A stretch of DNA of 64,000 nt from the human T2T-CHM13v2.0 reference genome, Homo sapiens: assembly GCF_009914755.1 (NCBI RefSeq), contig NC_060931.1, one strand, 5' to 3'. The position numbers and the translations under genes are program-made. Under the pieces are notes generated by a model. That model was not told where the DNA came from. It was given only the letters and a program-made list of their open reading frames with translations, and did no database searches. Below, in pieces: positions 13,698 through 29,800 of the stretch (positions are counted from its first letter, which is position 1; each line of letters opens with the position of its first letter).

Positions 13698-14160
13698 CAC
13701 ATACACACACAAGTACATATAAACATACACACACACATACATGTAGAGAGATTTATTATAGAAATTGGCTTATGCAATTACGGAAGTTGAAAAGTCCCAC
13801 AATCTGCTGTCTGCAAGCTGATGAACTAGGAAAGCTGGTGTTGTGATTCAGTCCAAGCCCAAAAGCCTGAAAACCCACAGAGCCAATGGTATCAATCCTG
13901 GTCCCAGTCCAAGAGTAAGAGCACTGATAATCAAAGGCAGAAGAATATAGATGTCTCAGCTCAAACAGGGAGAGTGAATTCACCTTTCTTCTGTCTCTTT
14001 GTTCAAGCCTTCAAGGGATTGGATGATGGCCACCTTATTGGTGAGGGTAATCTTCTTTGCCTTATTCTATAAATTCAAATGCTAATCTTTTCTCTAAGCA
14101 TCCTCAGACGTAACAGACGCACCCAGAAATGTTTTACCAGCTATCTGGCTATTTAGCTTA
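13223..14160 (-). mobile_element. MLT2B-like ERVL LTR containing CA/TA microsatellites and a MER47 insertion
   Basis: tgtattagtcagggttccccagagaaagagaacc...gattggatgatggccacc...cacccagaaatgttttaccagctatctgg. Confidence 0.85.
13425..13659. mobile_element. MER47/Tigger5-like MITE
   Basis: Terminal inverted repeats cagatgatctccaagttac... / ...gtaagttgagaagcatctg, inserted in a TA/CA repeat. Confidence 0.75.
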
Positions 14161-14162
14161 TA

Positions 14163-14163
<1 letters not shown>

Positions 14164-14195
<32 letters not shown>
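14164..14195. repeat. (CA)n microsatellite
   Basis: Direct reading. Confidence 0.95.
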
Positions 14196-14196
<1 letters not shown>

Positions 14197-14299
14197 CCAC
14201 ACACGAATTTAGGGAGAAACAATTTGCTTTAGGGTTCCCCAGATAACATATGTTTTTATATACCATATTTGTTCTGTTTCTCTGGGGAACCATAATACA

Positions 14300-15200
<901 letters not shown>

Positions 15201-16996
15201 CCTGAGAAATAGATTAGTTTAATAATATGCTCCCCTCTTCCTTAGGATAGCTGCCCCTAGAAACATGAACCATGGAAATACAGCCTTTCCAGTTCAGATT
15301 GCTGAAAAATAGGCCTTTACCAAATTACCATCATAATTTTTAATTTCTAGTATTTATATCATCCACAATTATAATTTAGGACAGAAGAAATATTTATTAA
15401 CAAACATATATGTACTAATGACATTTTAAAGATACATGTGCATGTATATATATACATTTTCATAAATATAAAGAAACTATTACATTGGAATTAATCACCT
15501 ATATATCCATTTGCTCCTCTGTGAAGGGACCTATGTATTTGGATACCCTAAGTCACTCTTTTCTGGAAACCACATTTGGATTTGGCCGAAATGACCTTAT
15601 TTTTCAAACGAGGCAATGCTGGTATAGTCACTGGAACTGAGATGAATAGAAGCTTATGAGGTCATAGTCTTTGTTCCCTGTTCCTCCAGATTCTAAGAAT
15701 TTTTATCATTGTAGGATGTATTCTAGAATATAGAATCATATGATCATGAAAGATGCATATGTGTTGATTTGTTGTAACCCTGGGTTCAGGCTTCTGCTGT
15801 ATCATATTTGCTAAAGACACCAAAACTAGATAGAGCTATTTGATCCTGACTAAGGTACTGCATAATTAAGTTTCATGTAGTGAGAAAATGTGTAGATTTC
15901 TGGGCCAATCCTTTTGCAGAGGGGCAGTGGCTTGAGAGTGGTATTCTAGGCTAGTGATAGTAGAATTAGGAACATCATCCTTGGCATCAGAAAGGGATTT
16001 CAGAATGTCTAAATGTGAGTAGCAAGGGGATCAAAGGCCCTGTGTTCTCAGGTGGGAGAGAGTTGCCAGAGGAGTAAATGTTCTTATCCTCTTCAGGAAG
16101 GAGATGAATGTTGGGAAGTTCTGTAAATAAGGTTAGTAGGCCAGATCCAGGTGACTTAGAGCAAAAATCTGGGTCTCACATTTTACAAAATTTGCTTTGT
16201 GATGCCTCTAGCCTATCCAATAAAAGAGCTCTTGTTTATCCAAAATTAAGTGTTGGAAGAGTTAGGACTTCCTACGCTGCTTCTCAGTGATGCAAGCTCT
16301 TTTGTGAGGGACTGGGTCCTACCAAAGTTAGGTGGTTAAAATGTTAGCCTGGAATCTAGGATTCTGGAGCGCTCCTCCACAGCCAATCACTGAGAGAGGC
16401 ATGAGGAAAAACCACTCAACAGGAAGAAAGCATCTCAATTCTCAGACCCTGGGGAGCTCATTTCTGAAAATGTACAGGGGACAGGTAATGCTTAGCCAGT
16501 TTCCCCTTATTTTTCAAGACTGGTAGCAAAAGCGAAAATAACCCAGAATCAGAAACTATTATTTCCTCTCTCAACCTTGGAAAGAAAAAAAAAACAAACA
16601 TTCTGCTAAGCTAATGATTAAAATAGACGAAAATATTCAAATTCCAATCACTTGGATGTTATCCATCTCTTGTGCCTCCATCCATATCAGGTATGTTCAA
16701 AATGATTTGGATTTTTACCTGTTTTTTTTCTCTATCTATAGTATGAACACTTCTAAAAAGTGTCCATACTCAAATAATTGTGGTTTTCAGATATGTTGAT
16801 TTTCAGAACTTCATTCTAAAATGGGCTGAAATTCAAATAAAAGCGCCATTACCCAGTTTTATCTTAGTGGCTATCTGCTTCTGTACATTTGAGTTAATCA
16901 ATATGTGAAAATGGGGATATCTCACACTCCCACTGAGATTTGGATTAAGTTTAATATTGAGGTTAAACATAGTTGTCTCTATTGAAAATTAAAACT

Positions 16997-17305
16997 GGCT
17001 GGGCGCGGTGGCTCACGCCTGTAATCCCAGCACTTTGGGAGGCTGAGGCGGGCAGATCGCCTGAGGTTGGGAGTTTGAGACCAGCCTGACCAACGTGGAG
17101 AAACCCCATCTCTACTAAAAAAAAAAAAATACAAAATTAGCCGGGCATGGTGGCGCATGCTTGTAATCCCACCTACTTGGGAGGCTGAGACAGGAGAATT
17201 GCTTGAACCCGGGAGGGTGGAGGTTGCAGTGAGCAGAGATCGTGCCATTGCACTCCAGCCTGAACAACAAGAGCGAAAGTCCATCTCAAGAAAAAAAAAA
17301 AAAAA
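16997..17305 (+). mobile_element. AluSp
   Basis: Diagnostics gaggttgggag, ctgaccaacgtggagaaacc, aacaagagcgaaa; TSD gaaaattaaaac. Confidence 0.92.
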
Positions 17306-18794
17306 GAAAATTAAAACCTATGGGAGGATTGAATATTAAATATTTCTAGCCACCTCACCCGTGCCATTTGGGGAAGGCTTAACTCCACTTCTGTATGGGA
17401 AATGTTGCTCCTCATTTAAAAGCAAGAAAGAAAATAAGTGATGAAAGGCAAAAATGTTTGTCTAAGGAGATAAAAACTATTTTGTGGGATTAAAATAAAT
17501 ATGCATTATTAATGTAAATGGTGATGAGAATATACAAATCAACAAAATGGTAACAAAACAGTAATTATTTTAAAAATGAATACCTTAACATAATTTAGAT
17601 ATAGAATGAGAAAATTAAGTATAAAAAGTTGAAAAATTATGAAAATACATAATAAATGTTGATACTATATTTCTAACTAATCTCGTCCAACATACAATGA
17701 CCAGTGAAATAAACATGATAAAATGGGGGACAGAAGACAACAGCTAAAATAGAGAAAGGACTTCAGAAATGTGAGAAGGATATGAATGTTTTTTAAAAAC
17801 TGAATAAACTACATAACAACTAAAATAATCATTTATTAAGCCAAAGTCTATTGAAGTTTAGTCTGTATCAGAAACTACTGTAAGTACTGAGGATTCTGGG
17901 GACCTGTCAGTAAACTAGACTGGCCGTTCTCAACCATTAAGGAGTCATTTTGTCCGGTGGTCATGCTAAAGAGACAGACGTAAATGGCAATCTTGGCAAC
18001 ATCTTAACATTGAGGGAATAAAAAGCTTTTCTTCTTTTAAATGTTCTGGTAAATTCATCTGGGAAGAAACATAACAACCAATACAGCATAAAGGAGTTTG
18101 AGCTAAAAGATCTCAGATACATGTAAATAGCAAGGGGAAAAAATGTGGTCCAGCAATAGCTAGGGCCCAAAAAAAAGGCCAACATAATATTTAAAAAGTC
18201 ATTACTACCTGGTGTGGGTGGTGGTGTGTGATCCTATGTGGCCTTAAAATGCTATTGCATGCATTTTTAATAGTTAGAGGATGTATGAGATTGACTTAAG
18301 AGACCATAAAATCTGGAAGGAAGTGAGAGAGTCAGTGCATCTGCTGTCAGCCCCTAGGGGAAGGGGAGTAGTCAGGGAAAAGGAAGAGGCTGAAGAAAGG
18401 TGGACAAGGTTATTATAAAATCCAGCTGAACAAGAAGATGAACCCACAGTAGCACAAGGCCAGTAAACAAGGTAGAAAAGGATGCTAAATGGAATTTACA
18501 TATCTTAAATGCATAGTGTAGCTGTGGTGGTTGCAGGGGACATGTAGGAAACACTCTTGTAACAGAGAGGCAAGCCCGTTAAGTATAACTAATTTCTTTG
18601 GCAAGTTACAAAAAAGAGGAAGCAGAAGGGAATTTGAATGTGATAAGAATGCCTTTGTACGGATGACTTAGACAATTAGAAGTTAGAAGCAAATAATGAT
18701 TGTTATTATTATGTTTTTGACTAAGGAAAAACTGCACTATGATGGGATATAAGTCACTGTCAACAATACCTAAAGTTTACAACTACTGCCATAG

Positions 18795-19100
<306 letters not shown>

Positions 19101-20564
19101 TGCCATAGCTCTTATAAGTGGTGAAAGGTAGCACTTACTTTTTGACTATATCACCCACCCTGATGTTCCCTGACTGTCCCTTCCACCGAGAGTGGCAGGG
19201 ACTGTTACTGGTATAATATTCATGTGAGTAGCCATGTGATGCCTCCTTGAATGGCCTTTTCTTTATTTCTGGAATGATCTGGGCATGAGCAAGGAAAGCC
19301 AAACACACTAAGAAACTGGCTTCTGACGTCCTCACTCACTCTAGCAGGCATGCCTGCTTACCTCTACCCTTAGGCTTGAAATGACTCACCTTGACAAATT
19401 ATAGGCCTTAGCAGAATAGCCCTAAAGAATCCTTTGGTAAATCTTGTATTAGTTCTGCAAGGAACCACTGCAAGGGAGCTATCAGACAATTTCTCCCTTC
19501 CTGTTCCTAACTTGGGTCAAGTAGGTTTATATATCTTTGCTTCTTGAGCCCCATCCATTTCCCATTACCACTGCATTTATATAGTTCTTTTTCTAACAAA
19601 TTTACCTGTCCATATGGATTTCTCTTCAAAATCACTAAAACTGAAAAGAACTCTCAGCAGGAATATAGCTCTAAAACTTACCAGCTGTACGGCCTGGGTG
19701 AGTCCTTTAACTCCTCTGGAACTATGCCAATATTTCCATCTGTAAAACACACAATGGTTTGACTAGGACATCATTTCCTGACAGTGGTTCAAGAACCCCT
19801 AGCTGTTCAAGTCTGCGTTCCAGGTCATTTGGGTCAATAAAAGTTGTAATATTTGTTTCCACTTGTTTTTAAGGAATAAATGATCATTTCTTTAAATTTA
19901 CCATAAAAACAAATACAATTGAGAAGCACCAACTGCACAGCAGTTGAGTACATGCTGTGGTTAGTGGAGGTCAAGTGAGATTGGGAGCACTTTATCAAAC
20001 CTGTACATACAAAGCCTCAACAGTTTTGATTATTATTCAGTATTAAGTTGTTCTTCATTTTCGTTGTACTGTGGTTTTTAATTGCATTTAATTATTGTTT
20101 AAAACAAGTGTAAGGTCAATCTATGAGTTAAGGAAGAACAATACAAAAATGCTAACTATGTAAAATTTACTTCAAAATATTTGGACTTTCATTTCATTAA
20201 TCACCCTGTGAAAGTGATGAAATATCATAATAATATGTCCCAGGAAGGCCAATCAAACAATTTTAAAAATAGAAAATATGATTTTTAATCCAGTTTATCT
20301 TTTTATTTATAGATAATAAAGTGTATCCAAGCCAAAATATGGGTTCAATTCCCCAAAAGAGAAGCATTATATCAAAAAATATAAACAGTTAAGGTCATTG
20401 CCAAGTCTTTCAAAACAGTGGTACTAATTTACAAAATAACCAGCAATGTAAAAGAGATGTTGTTTCACCAAATTCACACCAGCAATGTTTTAATTTAAAC
20501 AAAATTTTTAAGAAGAAAAGTGAAAGAAGTTGATAATATAGTCCCACTTGTCTATTTTTGCATT

Positions 20565-20852
20565 TGTTTCCCAAGCTGGAGTGCAGTGGCATGATCATGA
20601 CTCACTGTAGCCTTGACCTCCTGGGCCCGAGTGATCCTCCTGTTTCAGCCTCCTGAGTAGCTGAGACCACACCACAGGCATGCACCATCATGCCCAGCTA
20701 GTTTTTTTAATGTTTTTATAGAGATGGAGGTCTCACTACATCTTTTGTAGGGATCTTGCCCAGGCTAGTCTCAAATTCCTGGGCTCAAGCAATCCTCCTG
20801 CCTTGGTTTCCCAAAGCACTGGGTTTACAGGTGTGAGCCAGTGTGCCAGACC
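20565..20852 (-). mobile_element. AluJ
   Basis: tcactgtagccttgacctcctgggc...gggctcaagcaatcctcc. Confidence 0.88.
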
Positions 20853-20873
20853 AGTTGTCTTGTTTTACAGTGA

Positions 20874-21202
<329 letters not shown>

Positions 21203-22100
21203 TAGAATTTCTTTATGTAGCCTGGATACTATTTCTCCTTATAATTCTGCCAGGTTTTGCTTTATATATTCTATGTTCTTTTCAGGTTCATATAAGTTTA
21301 CCAATCGTAAAGATTGATGTATCTTCTTGGTGGTTGTTCCTTATATTGTTATAATTTTTCTTTCCTTTCCTTATTAATGCTTTTTCTTTTAACTCCTGGT
21401 ATGTCTGATATTATTACCCCACGGTTTTTTGTTTTTGTTAAACATTTTCTTAATATATTCACTCTATCTCTTTTTTTTCAATTTTCTGCAACATGTTATT
21501 TTAAATGTGTGTACTTTAAGTAGTATATATTTTTAATTAGATGAGTTTCATACATTTGTTACATTTATTATAACTGAGGTATTTATATTTTCCATCTTTT
21601 AAATTTATTATGCTTCTCTTTGCTTTCTATACCCTTATTTTATGCTATTTAATTAATTGTTGACATTTTTCTTTTTTCTCTTTTTTGTCTTTTTTTGTCC
21701 CTGCTGGTTTAAAAATGATTTACTTTTCATTTTCTAATGGTGACCTATCAAATTTTAACAAACGATCAGCTATGTGTTTTTAACAACATCTAAATGTGAT
21801 CAGTAAATTTTTAGCTTCTTACTGAAAAAATGCAAAGATTTAGTATGCTCTAAAAGTACTCCCTGAAATCACCTCTTCCATGTTCTTTTCTATTATTGTC
21901 TATGATTTTAATTCCATCATTTATGTAAAAATAGAGATTTTTCTCCCCACAGGCAAGAGTTAGTTAATTTTATTTTCTAATATAATTCACTTATTTTATC
22001 ACCAAGCTTCCCCCCCGCCTCCCCATAACCTCTCCTTTCCCTCTGGATTTGCTTTTTTTTTTTTTTTTTTGTCATCTTAGGGTTTGGAAATTTAGTTTAA
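21203..22100 (-). mobile_element. Old L1 (L1ME-like) fragment
   Basis: T-rich decayed L1 antisense text (tgtctgatattattacccc, ttttaaatgtgtgtactt). Confidence 0.5.
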
Positions 22101-23093
22101 ATGCTCATCGTAAGTGGAATCTTCTTTCTTCCCATCACCTGACCCTCATTTGTCTGTGCATTTTGCCTAGAGCTCCCAGTCTATAACTAAGTCTTATTTG
22201 TTTATGTATTTATTTCTTGTCTTGGGGCCTCTGAAGATACCACGGTTCTAGTCCTCAAGCAAAGAAGCAGCTCGGCTGGTGTGCTGATCTGTGAGGGCTT
22301 TCTCTAAACCTCCTCCCTCTAGCCTCCCTCCCCCTGCCATCCCAAACACTCCAGTTTATAAGAGCTGTGACCCTAGCAATCAACATAGTTTTTCTTAGCC
22401 TCCTTTCTTGAGGAGGGAGTCTGATTCCAGTCTTAAATTTCATGTGGTAGGCCTGGCTTCTGTATCCTTCCAGGAGTGGAGTAAATTTGGTTCCCATTAT
22501 CCAGAAAGTCTCAAATTTCTAGACTACTTTAGATCTAAGTCTAAAGACCAATAGCTTTGTAGCTTCAATCATTTAAAAGTATGTTCCAGTTTTATTTCTG
22601 TTCTACAGAAATGTTTATATTATTTTTAGCATGATTGGGTCTTATTAATTAAAAAAAAACTACCATTGTCTTGTGCTTGGGTCAAGGCAGGGGACAAAAA
22701 TTACAAATTTACAATATTATTTTAACTGAACTTCATTAGGTCGCTTTTATAAATACCTAGTAATATGATAGACCAAAGAAATACATGTTACTCATTGAAT
22801 TTGCTATGCTTCTGTTAAAAGTGATAGCAGTCTATTTCCACATGATTGTTAGCCTGTTAAATATCCCCTTTGGAGTGCCACATTCTTTGCCAAAATGTTT
22901 TTTAGAATCATTTTTGACATCTCTTCTTTTTTTATATAAAATTGATCACCAGGTTCCATCTCCTTTTTTTTTCTTTTTTTTTTTCTGATTCACTATTGCA
23001 ACATTCTACCCACTTCCAGTTTCTCAACACTTCACTCCTGTACTATGCAACAGCCTTCTAAGCATCTGTTTAGCCCAGGACAATCTTTTAAGA

Positions 23094-23304
23094 CAGTGGC
23101 TCTCAAATTTTAGTATATGTCGGAATCACCTGAGGACTTGTTAAAACACAGATTGCTGGCTCCAGCTAAAGCCTCCCTGATCCTATCCCCAGGCCCCCAG
23201 TTTGTGATACAGTAAGTCAGGGATAGGACCTGAATATGAATTTCTAACAAGTTCTCAGGTGATGATAATGATAGTGGGCTGTGAACCACACTTTAAGAAC
23301 CGCT
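23094..23304. mobile_element. MER5A
   Basis: cagtggctctcaaa...gaatcacctgagg...ttgttaaaacacagattgctgg...ccacactttaagaaccgct. Confidence 0.85.
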
Positions 23305-23829
23305 AGTTAAAAACACTGTTTACATGTTAGCACTCCAGTACTCAATATCCTTCAGCCATTTCCTATTGCCAGTAGCATCATATCTACATTCCCAAGTTTG
23401 AGGCCCTCTAACATTGAACCTCATTCTACTTGCCAATTCCATTTCTCCATCTCTGTGGCAGTCTTACAGCTAATTCCTTAACCCACTGTACTTTGTTCAA
23501 AAGATCTTACATCAAGCAATATTTTTTTTCTTGAAGAGTGGATTATTTTCTTATCTAGTAACAGGCAGCTTACACATCTTTAAGTAGTTCCATGATTGTT
23601 TTCCTCCAAAGTACTCTTTTTATTTTTTCTATTTCAGTCTTGAAGACTTTACTGGATCTACATCATACTTGTTTAACTCTCAGCTCCCTTGGGCTGTATT
23701 TAAGACACATAGGGGAGAAAAATATGGAGACAGATGTAAGACTCCACCATGAATAAGTTACATTGATCCTTTTCCCTAAGCAATGAGTTAGGCTTACTTG
23801 CATTTAATATGACAGGTATGTTTCCTTTT

Positions 23830-25800
23830 TTTTTTTTTTTTTTGGTAGTTTTAAAAAATATCTTTGCCTAGGCAGGCTGTTTCAATTTTTGGATAATTTT
23901 TCAGATATTTAAGAAGGTTTGTATTTTTAATTTAAGGATTAACATTATATTTATATTACATAACTCTTGGTTTTCCATTTTTTCTAGACAACACCTATTA
24001 GTTCCCTACTAGGAAAAAACAATGAAACTATCACGTTCCTTCTTTCTCTCTCATCCTTTGCATATCCTCTTCCATTGATTCTAGTAAAACACCGCCTTTC
24101 TTAGTGCTTGCTTTCATATGTTAAATATGTTCATACCTCTATTATTTTGGTATGTCAGATACAATATATCTCCTTTCAATCTCAGATATTCCACATGAGG
24201 CAATCATACACAATTAAATCATACACAATTAAAGAAAACAACTTTAATTGTATCACTTCTGTATTGTGAGGGCATATAACATCAACATTCTGCTCAGTAA
24301 TCTTAATTCCCTACATTTCTTTTATTATTATTTCTACAGTGAAATATTTTCAATGTTCCCTACTACTCCATTTGTCATAGTTACCCAAGCCATTATTGTT
24401 TGGTTGTAACAATATGTTTGTAACCTTTATCTTTGAAGGACAGCTTGACTAGATATAAAATTGTTTGCTTATATTTTCTTTACTTAATTATCTTGTAAGT
24501 GATGCTTTGGAAAAATATTTTGTTAGATTGTTTTTCCCTTTATGAATTATTTGATTTTTTTCACCTGGCAGCATGAAGTTTTCTTTTTTTTTTTTTTTGA
24601 AATCCACTGACACTCCTAGACTATGTCTCCATATCAAATTTTTGGTTACTTTTCCCTGGCATGCATAGTGTGTCCTGTAAGTATTTAGATTTAAACCTTC
24701 TTTTATTTCAGGAAAATTTTCTTGATTTATGACTTTCAATTCTTGTTGGCTTCTATTTTCTTCAGCTTCATTCCTTAGGGTCTCCAACTATAAATTTGTT
24801 GGATTTTACTTGACTGTTTTATATGTAAATATACATATAAATATATAGATATATAGGAATATGCTTTATTATCCTTAAGACTTTCTTTATTTCAATTTTA
24901 TTTTATTTTATTTTCTTATTTTCATCTTCTATATTTTTTATGGTCCTGTAATCCTTCAAATTTGATTTTCACTTTTGTGACTAGTTTATTTTCTTCTTTC
25001 TGAGTTTGCAGCTTTAATTTGATCTTCCTCTATTTTATTTGCATCTCTTTATTGAGTTTTTGCATTTGTACTTTTTACTCTTTTTTATATATGAAGTTGT
25101 GTTTTTTGTTGTTGTTGTTTTAATTAATGGTAAAATATATGATCATAATTTTCATCTGTTCAATGGCAACATTTTCCATGTGTGTGTGATTCATACGTTG
25201 AAAAGTTTTGCTTTTTTCTATATTTTTCATAGTGTCTTTATATTTGTGCCATAGGAATTTCATGTTTATTTCTCACTTTAAAATAAGTTGGATTTTCCTT
25301 GGCCAACTATGTCTAAGTGATAACAAAGGGACTGCTTCCCATAGCTGTCACTCATCTATGGGATTCTCTGTGTAGCTCCACATCCTCGGCTTCTCTGAGC
25401 CAAATTAGATCCAAGAAGACTTGTACCACCACCTTGCTCTCTTTAGTTCCTGCACGGAATGCTGCAGTAAAAGAAAACAGCTTTTACTACACACTTCACT
25501 GTGAAGATGAGTTCTTCACCTTTAGAAAGTATATTTTTGTGGCATGTCTAAGATCTGCTGCCACTAGGTTTTCTCACCACTCTGTACTTTTACTAGTCCT
25601 TGCATTTCTTGCAGGGTCTGCTGGTTACATTATTCCAGTTTTGTGAAAATGGAATTTATGTTTTCTATTACTTTATTCTTCTTGTCATTCTCCGTGTTGC
25701 TTATGCACAAATTTTCAGGAGGAAAAAGAGAAAGATGTCAACTTTTGCAGCCGTGGTCAAACAAGAAGACTTCCTGTTATCTATTTTAATATGGAAATTA
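23830..25800 (-). mobile_element. HAL1 or old L1M ORF1-like remnant
   Basis: ORF1-like peptide ENFPEIKEGLNL...EKNQIIHKGK (24488-24787) in T-rich decayed sequence; boundaries approximate. Confidence 0.55.
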
Positions 25801-26662
25801 TTCTCTTATTGATATCATGTAAGACAACATTTGTAGTTATAAAAATATCTTTTACATAACCACCTCCTACTTAATAAACTGAAGTCTCTGTCTTTTTCAT
25901 ATTATTTGTATACCTACATGACTGATGTTTTGAACTTAGATGTAAAGGTTTACTATATCATTGATATCTTCCATTGTTGAGTTTTTCCCATTATTGCAGG
26001 ATATGGCCATGATTTTGCATTTTATTACAAAAATAATAATTGTGCTATGTGTTATTTTGGTGAATGTTATTCATTCTTATTCGATACTGAGAAGAACTGT
26101 CACTTGTCTTGAACAAGCACTATGTTTTACATAAAATGCTTCTGTAACTGGCCCAGTTTCCCTTCCTTTAACAGCTGTTAGAATATAACAATCACATTTT
26201 TCATTCACTTAAGATAACTGAACACATCACAATGACATTTGCTTTTATTATAGCTTCAGTTTTTATTCAGATCGACTTTAATTAATTTCATTTTGTCATA
26301 CCTTATTTAACATTGTAAGTCAAATTAAATTCTTTCTGCCAGAATTCTCTTCTTCTCAGGTTTTGAAAACTCCAAAATGTGGTCCTCTTAGAAATTGATC
26401 AAAAATGGTAATAAACATAGCAAACATGTTGAACAATACAGAGTCAAACTGACATCAATCCGTTATTAGATTTTCTTTGGATATGGTTATGCAAACAGTT
26501 TTAAATCCACTAACTGTTCTCCATCCAGCTCATGTTTCTTCATCTTATCCCCAGGGTTGCAAGGACAGTTTCTATCAAAGACATTCTAGACATCATGTTC
26601 TTTGTTTATGAGTGTTCCTTTTGAAAAAATATCAAGCGTAGTCTTTGCATGTAGAAATTACT

Positions 26663-26881
26663 TTTTTAAAAATTATACTTTAAGTTCCGGGATACGTGTG
26701 CAGAATGTGCAGTTTTGTTACATAGGTATACACGTGCCATGGTGATTTGCTGCACCCATCAACCCATCACCTACATTAAGTATTTCTCCTAATGTTATCC
26801 CTCCCCTAGCCCCCCACCCCATGACAGGCCCCGGTGTGTGAAGTTCCCCTCCCTGTGTCCATGTGTTCTCATTGTTCAACT
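26663..26881 (-). mobile_element. L1PA (PA7/8-like) 3' end fragment
   Basis: ttatactttaagttccgggatac...gtgtccatgtgttctcattgttcaact. Confidence 0.9.
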
Positions 26882-27670
26882 TAAATGTTGAATGAATAAA
26901 AGGACAAATGAATAGTAAAATAAATTTCATATTATAAAAGTTATTCGTAACCCATACTAGATCATCTATTACTGTTTTCACTATTCACAAGCTACCTGCT
27001 GATATTTTGTATCAGTTGGAAAAAAAATGACAAAATTCATCTAAAGCCTCTTGGTCCCTCTTTCATTCTCTATGTTGCTCAAAAATTACCAGCAGTATTC
27101 CTGTGACTAGAACTCTGTTTTTTAGCCTCTAGGAAGTAATTTGCCTTGGCCTAAACATCTGTCATTTTAGTGTTTGCCATTTGTCCAGACTGTGAACATA
27201 CCCCTCTTTCCTCCTTCTACTTATTTTTCTGGAACTTTGTTTCCTCTATACTTTTAGTACTTGCTTTTTTATTCATTCACTTATTTATCTGTGCAAGCTC
27301 AGTTAATTTCAGGCATTTGCTTTTCTAACTATTATCACCAGACTGATATTTTTCCTTATTATGGAGACCTTTGCCAATTTTTGTATATACTCTTTTAATA
27401 TCTGAGCTAATGAGAGAGATTGCTGTTTACCACAGCAATTTCATTCAATAGCTTAGTCTTTTCTTTCTCAGGGAGACATTGAATGCACGGTTAGAATTTT
27501 ATGTGCTAAAGTCCACCTTCCTCTTATAGATTCAGGCTACTGAATCATTGCTATCTTTAAACTATTTTATAAAGTCTTATTTCCCCTATTTTTGTCAATC
27601 TATTTGAAATAACTAGTTCTGTTTGTCTTCATTAACATAAACCTATGACAATGTAATTTACATGCAAGGT

Positions 27671-28053
27671 ATTTTATTTTATTTTATTTTAGATTCGGGT
27701 GGTACATATGCAGGTTTGTTACATGGATATTGTATAATGCTGGGGTTTGGGCTTCTATTGAACCCAACAGCCAAATAGTGATTGTAGTACTAATAGGTGG
27801 TTTTTCAACCTTTGCCCCTCTCGCTCCCTCCTTCCTCCCTTTTGGTGTCCTCAGTGTCTATTGTATCCATCTTTATGTCCACGTATATCATTGTTTAACT
27901 CCTACAAATATGCAGTACTTGATTGTATGTTTCTGTATTAATTCACTTAGGGTAATGGCCTCCAGCTGTATCCATGTTGCTGAAAAGGACATGATTTCAT
28001 TCTTTTTATGGCTGTGTAGTATTTCATGGTGTAGACATACTACATTTTCTTTA
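27671..28053 (-). mobile_element. L1PA15/16-like 3' end
   Basis: ggtacatatgcaggtttgttacatggatattgtataatgctggggtttggg...ggacatgatttcattctttttatggctg. Confidence 0.85.
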
Positions 28054-29149
28054 TAAGTGTAATTGGGAAAATTTTAGATAAAAATACTTTCTTAGTTATA
28101 GTTAAAAATAAGGATCTTAGATTTACATTTTCAGTGAATAACTATTGTTAATTTTGTTTTGCTATGTACTCACTGTAGAGGTTACAATAGTTATATGTTT
28201 GTTCTATGAATTCTTTTGTATTACCAGTTCACTTCCATGCAAAGTAAACTCTCTATAAATAGTCTCAAAAATACCATGAAGAGTTGTTCTGATTTCTTTT
28301 CTCTCTATTATCTGCCCCACTGTAGCCTGAGGGCTTAATAGATAATTGCAGTCAAAATGAAAGTTAAAACTTAATTTAGAACAAGTTTGCAACATGCCTG
28401 GTACCTTGGGATTTGCAAATCTATAACTCCTTCTGCTCCTGGGAGTTGAGTTAATTTGGCAAATCACACTAACTCAATTTTCACTAGGTCTTTATTAGAA
28501 ACAAATCTATTATGCTATAGAATGCATTGTGGATTTGGCTTAAGACTCCCAGCTTGTCATTATTCAATATTATGAAATTCCTATTTAGACATTTAGTTTA
28601 AGTGAGAACATAAAGCATATAATAAAACTGCAGGTTTCTCTTGCCATTGTTTAGGTCTCTAGGTTTTCAATTTAATTCTCATTCATTGAATGGCCACATT
28701 GTCCAAAGCCTGTTACACCTCCTGTCCTTAAAAAAGTTACAATAAATCCTGATGTAACAAAGGTACATAAATAATTACTATGTAAGGCAAACAAAATAAA
28801 TATGATAGGGAAATAAAGGAGGAAAAGAGATTGGCGGGATTAGAAAAATTCATGGAGATGGAGAAGGATGGTCTAAATTGGGTCTTAAATTAGCAGAAGG
28901 ATTTCTACTGAAGGAAATGGGGGAGTGGCAAGAAAGGGCATTTGAAAGGACAAGATGAACAAGAACCCAGCGAAAGGATGCGTTTTGCCTGTTCAGAGAG
29001 CAAACAGGAGTTATGCTAAGGTGGCAGATGAAGTCCTCAGGTGCATGGCAGGCCGTTCTCTGTTGCACTGCTTTTTACATTTTTGGCTTTGCTTGTTAAG
29101 TTTTTGGTTTGAGTTGCTTGAGTCAGTGAGTGAAGAAGTCATCACAATC

Positions 29150-29360
29150 AAACTTGCTAGGCACAGGAGAGGCTTTGAGCTTGCCTCTGCTGTGAGCCAC
29201 TTGACCAAAAACTGCTCAGGGTAGTTATGTGGCCTTAGGCAATTTTACTTAACCCCCTAAGCCTTACTTCTTCCTTGAAAAATGGTCACAATAATATGAC
29301 ACCTACTTTGCAAGAATGCCATGAGGTTAAATGAGATAATGCATATGAAAACCCAGAACT
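29150..29360 (+). mobile_element. MIR
   Basis: gtggccttaggcaattttacttaacccc...atgaggttaaatgagataatgcat. Confidence 0.7.
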
Positions 29361-29361
29361 G

Positions 29362-29541
29362 CATCATATGGCACCTTTGTGCAGTTTGGAAAATTTTGAT
29401 CATCTCTCCAAGTGAATGCAACCCTTCTCTAGGGCACCCATGTGGGTGAGTGGAGATTAAGATGGATTCCAGTCTCCCCATAACCTCACCCAAGCAACCT
29501 TGTGCAGTATACAACCTGCACAACCGTACCTGGAAGCCCTG
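29362..29541 (-). mobile_element. MER91-like hAT-Tip100 element
   Basis: ttgtgcagtatacaacctgcacaaccgtacctggaagccctg terminus. Confidence 0.6.
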
Positions 29542-29784
29542 AGATAAGGGCTTAGAGAAATGCTTAGGTATAACAAAATCTAAATAAACATAGCCATCAT
29601 TATAATTATTATACCGCAAACCACTAAAAAAACGCAGTGTTGAAGCTTGGTCAGAGACCATTCGGTTAAGTCTATTATGAAAAGAGACCAATATTAACAA
29701 TGCACACCTAAGTCTCAGCAAAGAGTTCAAAATACAGAACAGGAAACCAAACCAACAGGCGTCCATTCCTGTGTGACTCTCCTT

Positions 29785-29800
29785 CCACTAGATGGTGCTG
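29785..29800 (+). promoter_or_regulatory. Candidate CTCF site
   Basis: CCACTAGATGGTGCTG, one CpG-type change from the CCACYAGRKGGCGC consensus. Confidence 0.6.

Noticed and set aside
29257-29766. 169-aa minus-strand ORF
   Set aside because: Assembled from MIR and MER91 fragments; no homology recognised.
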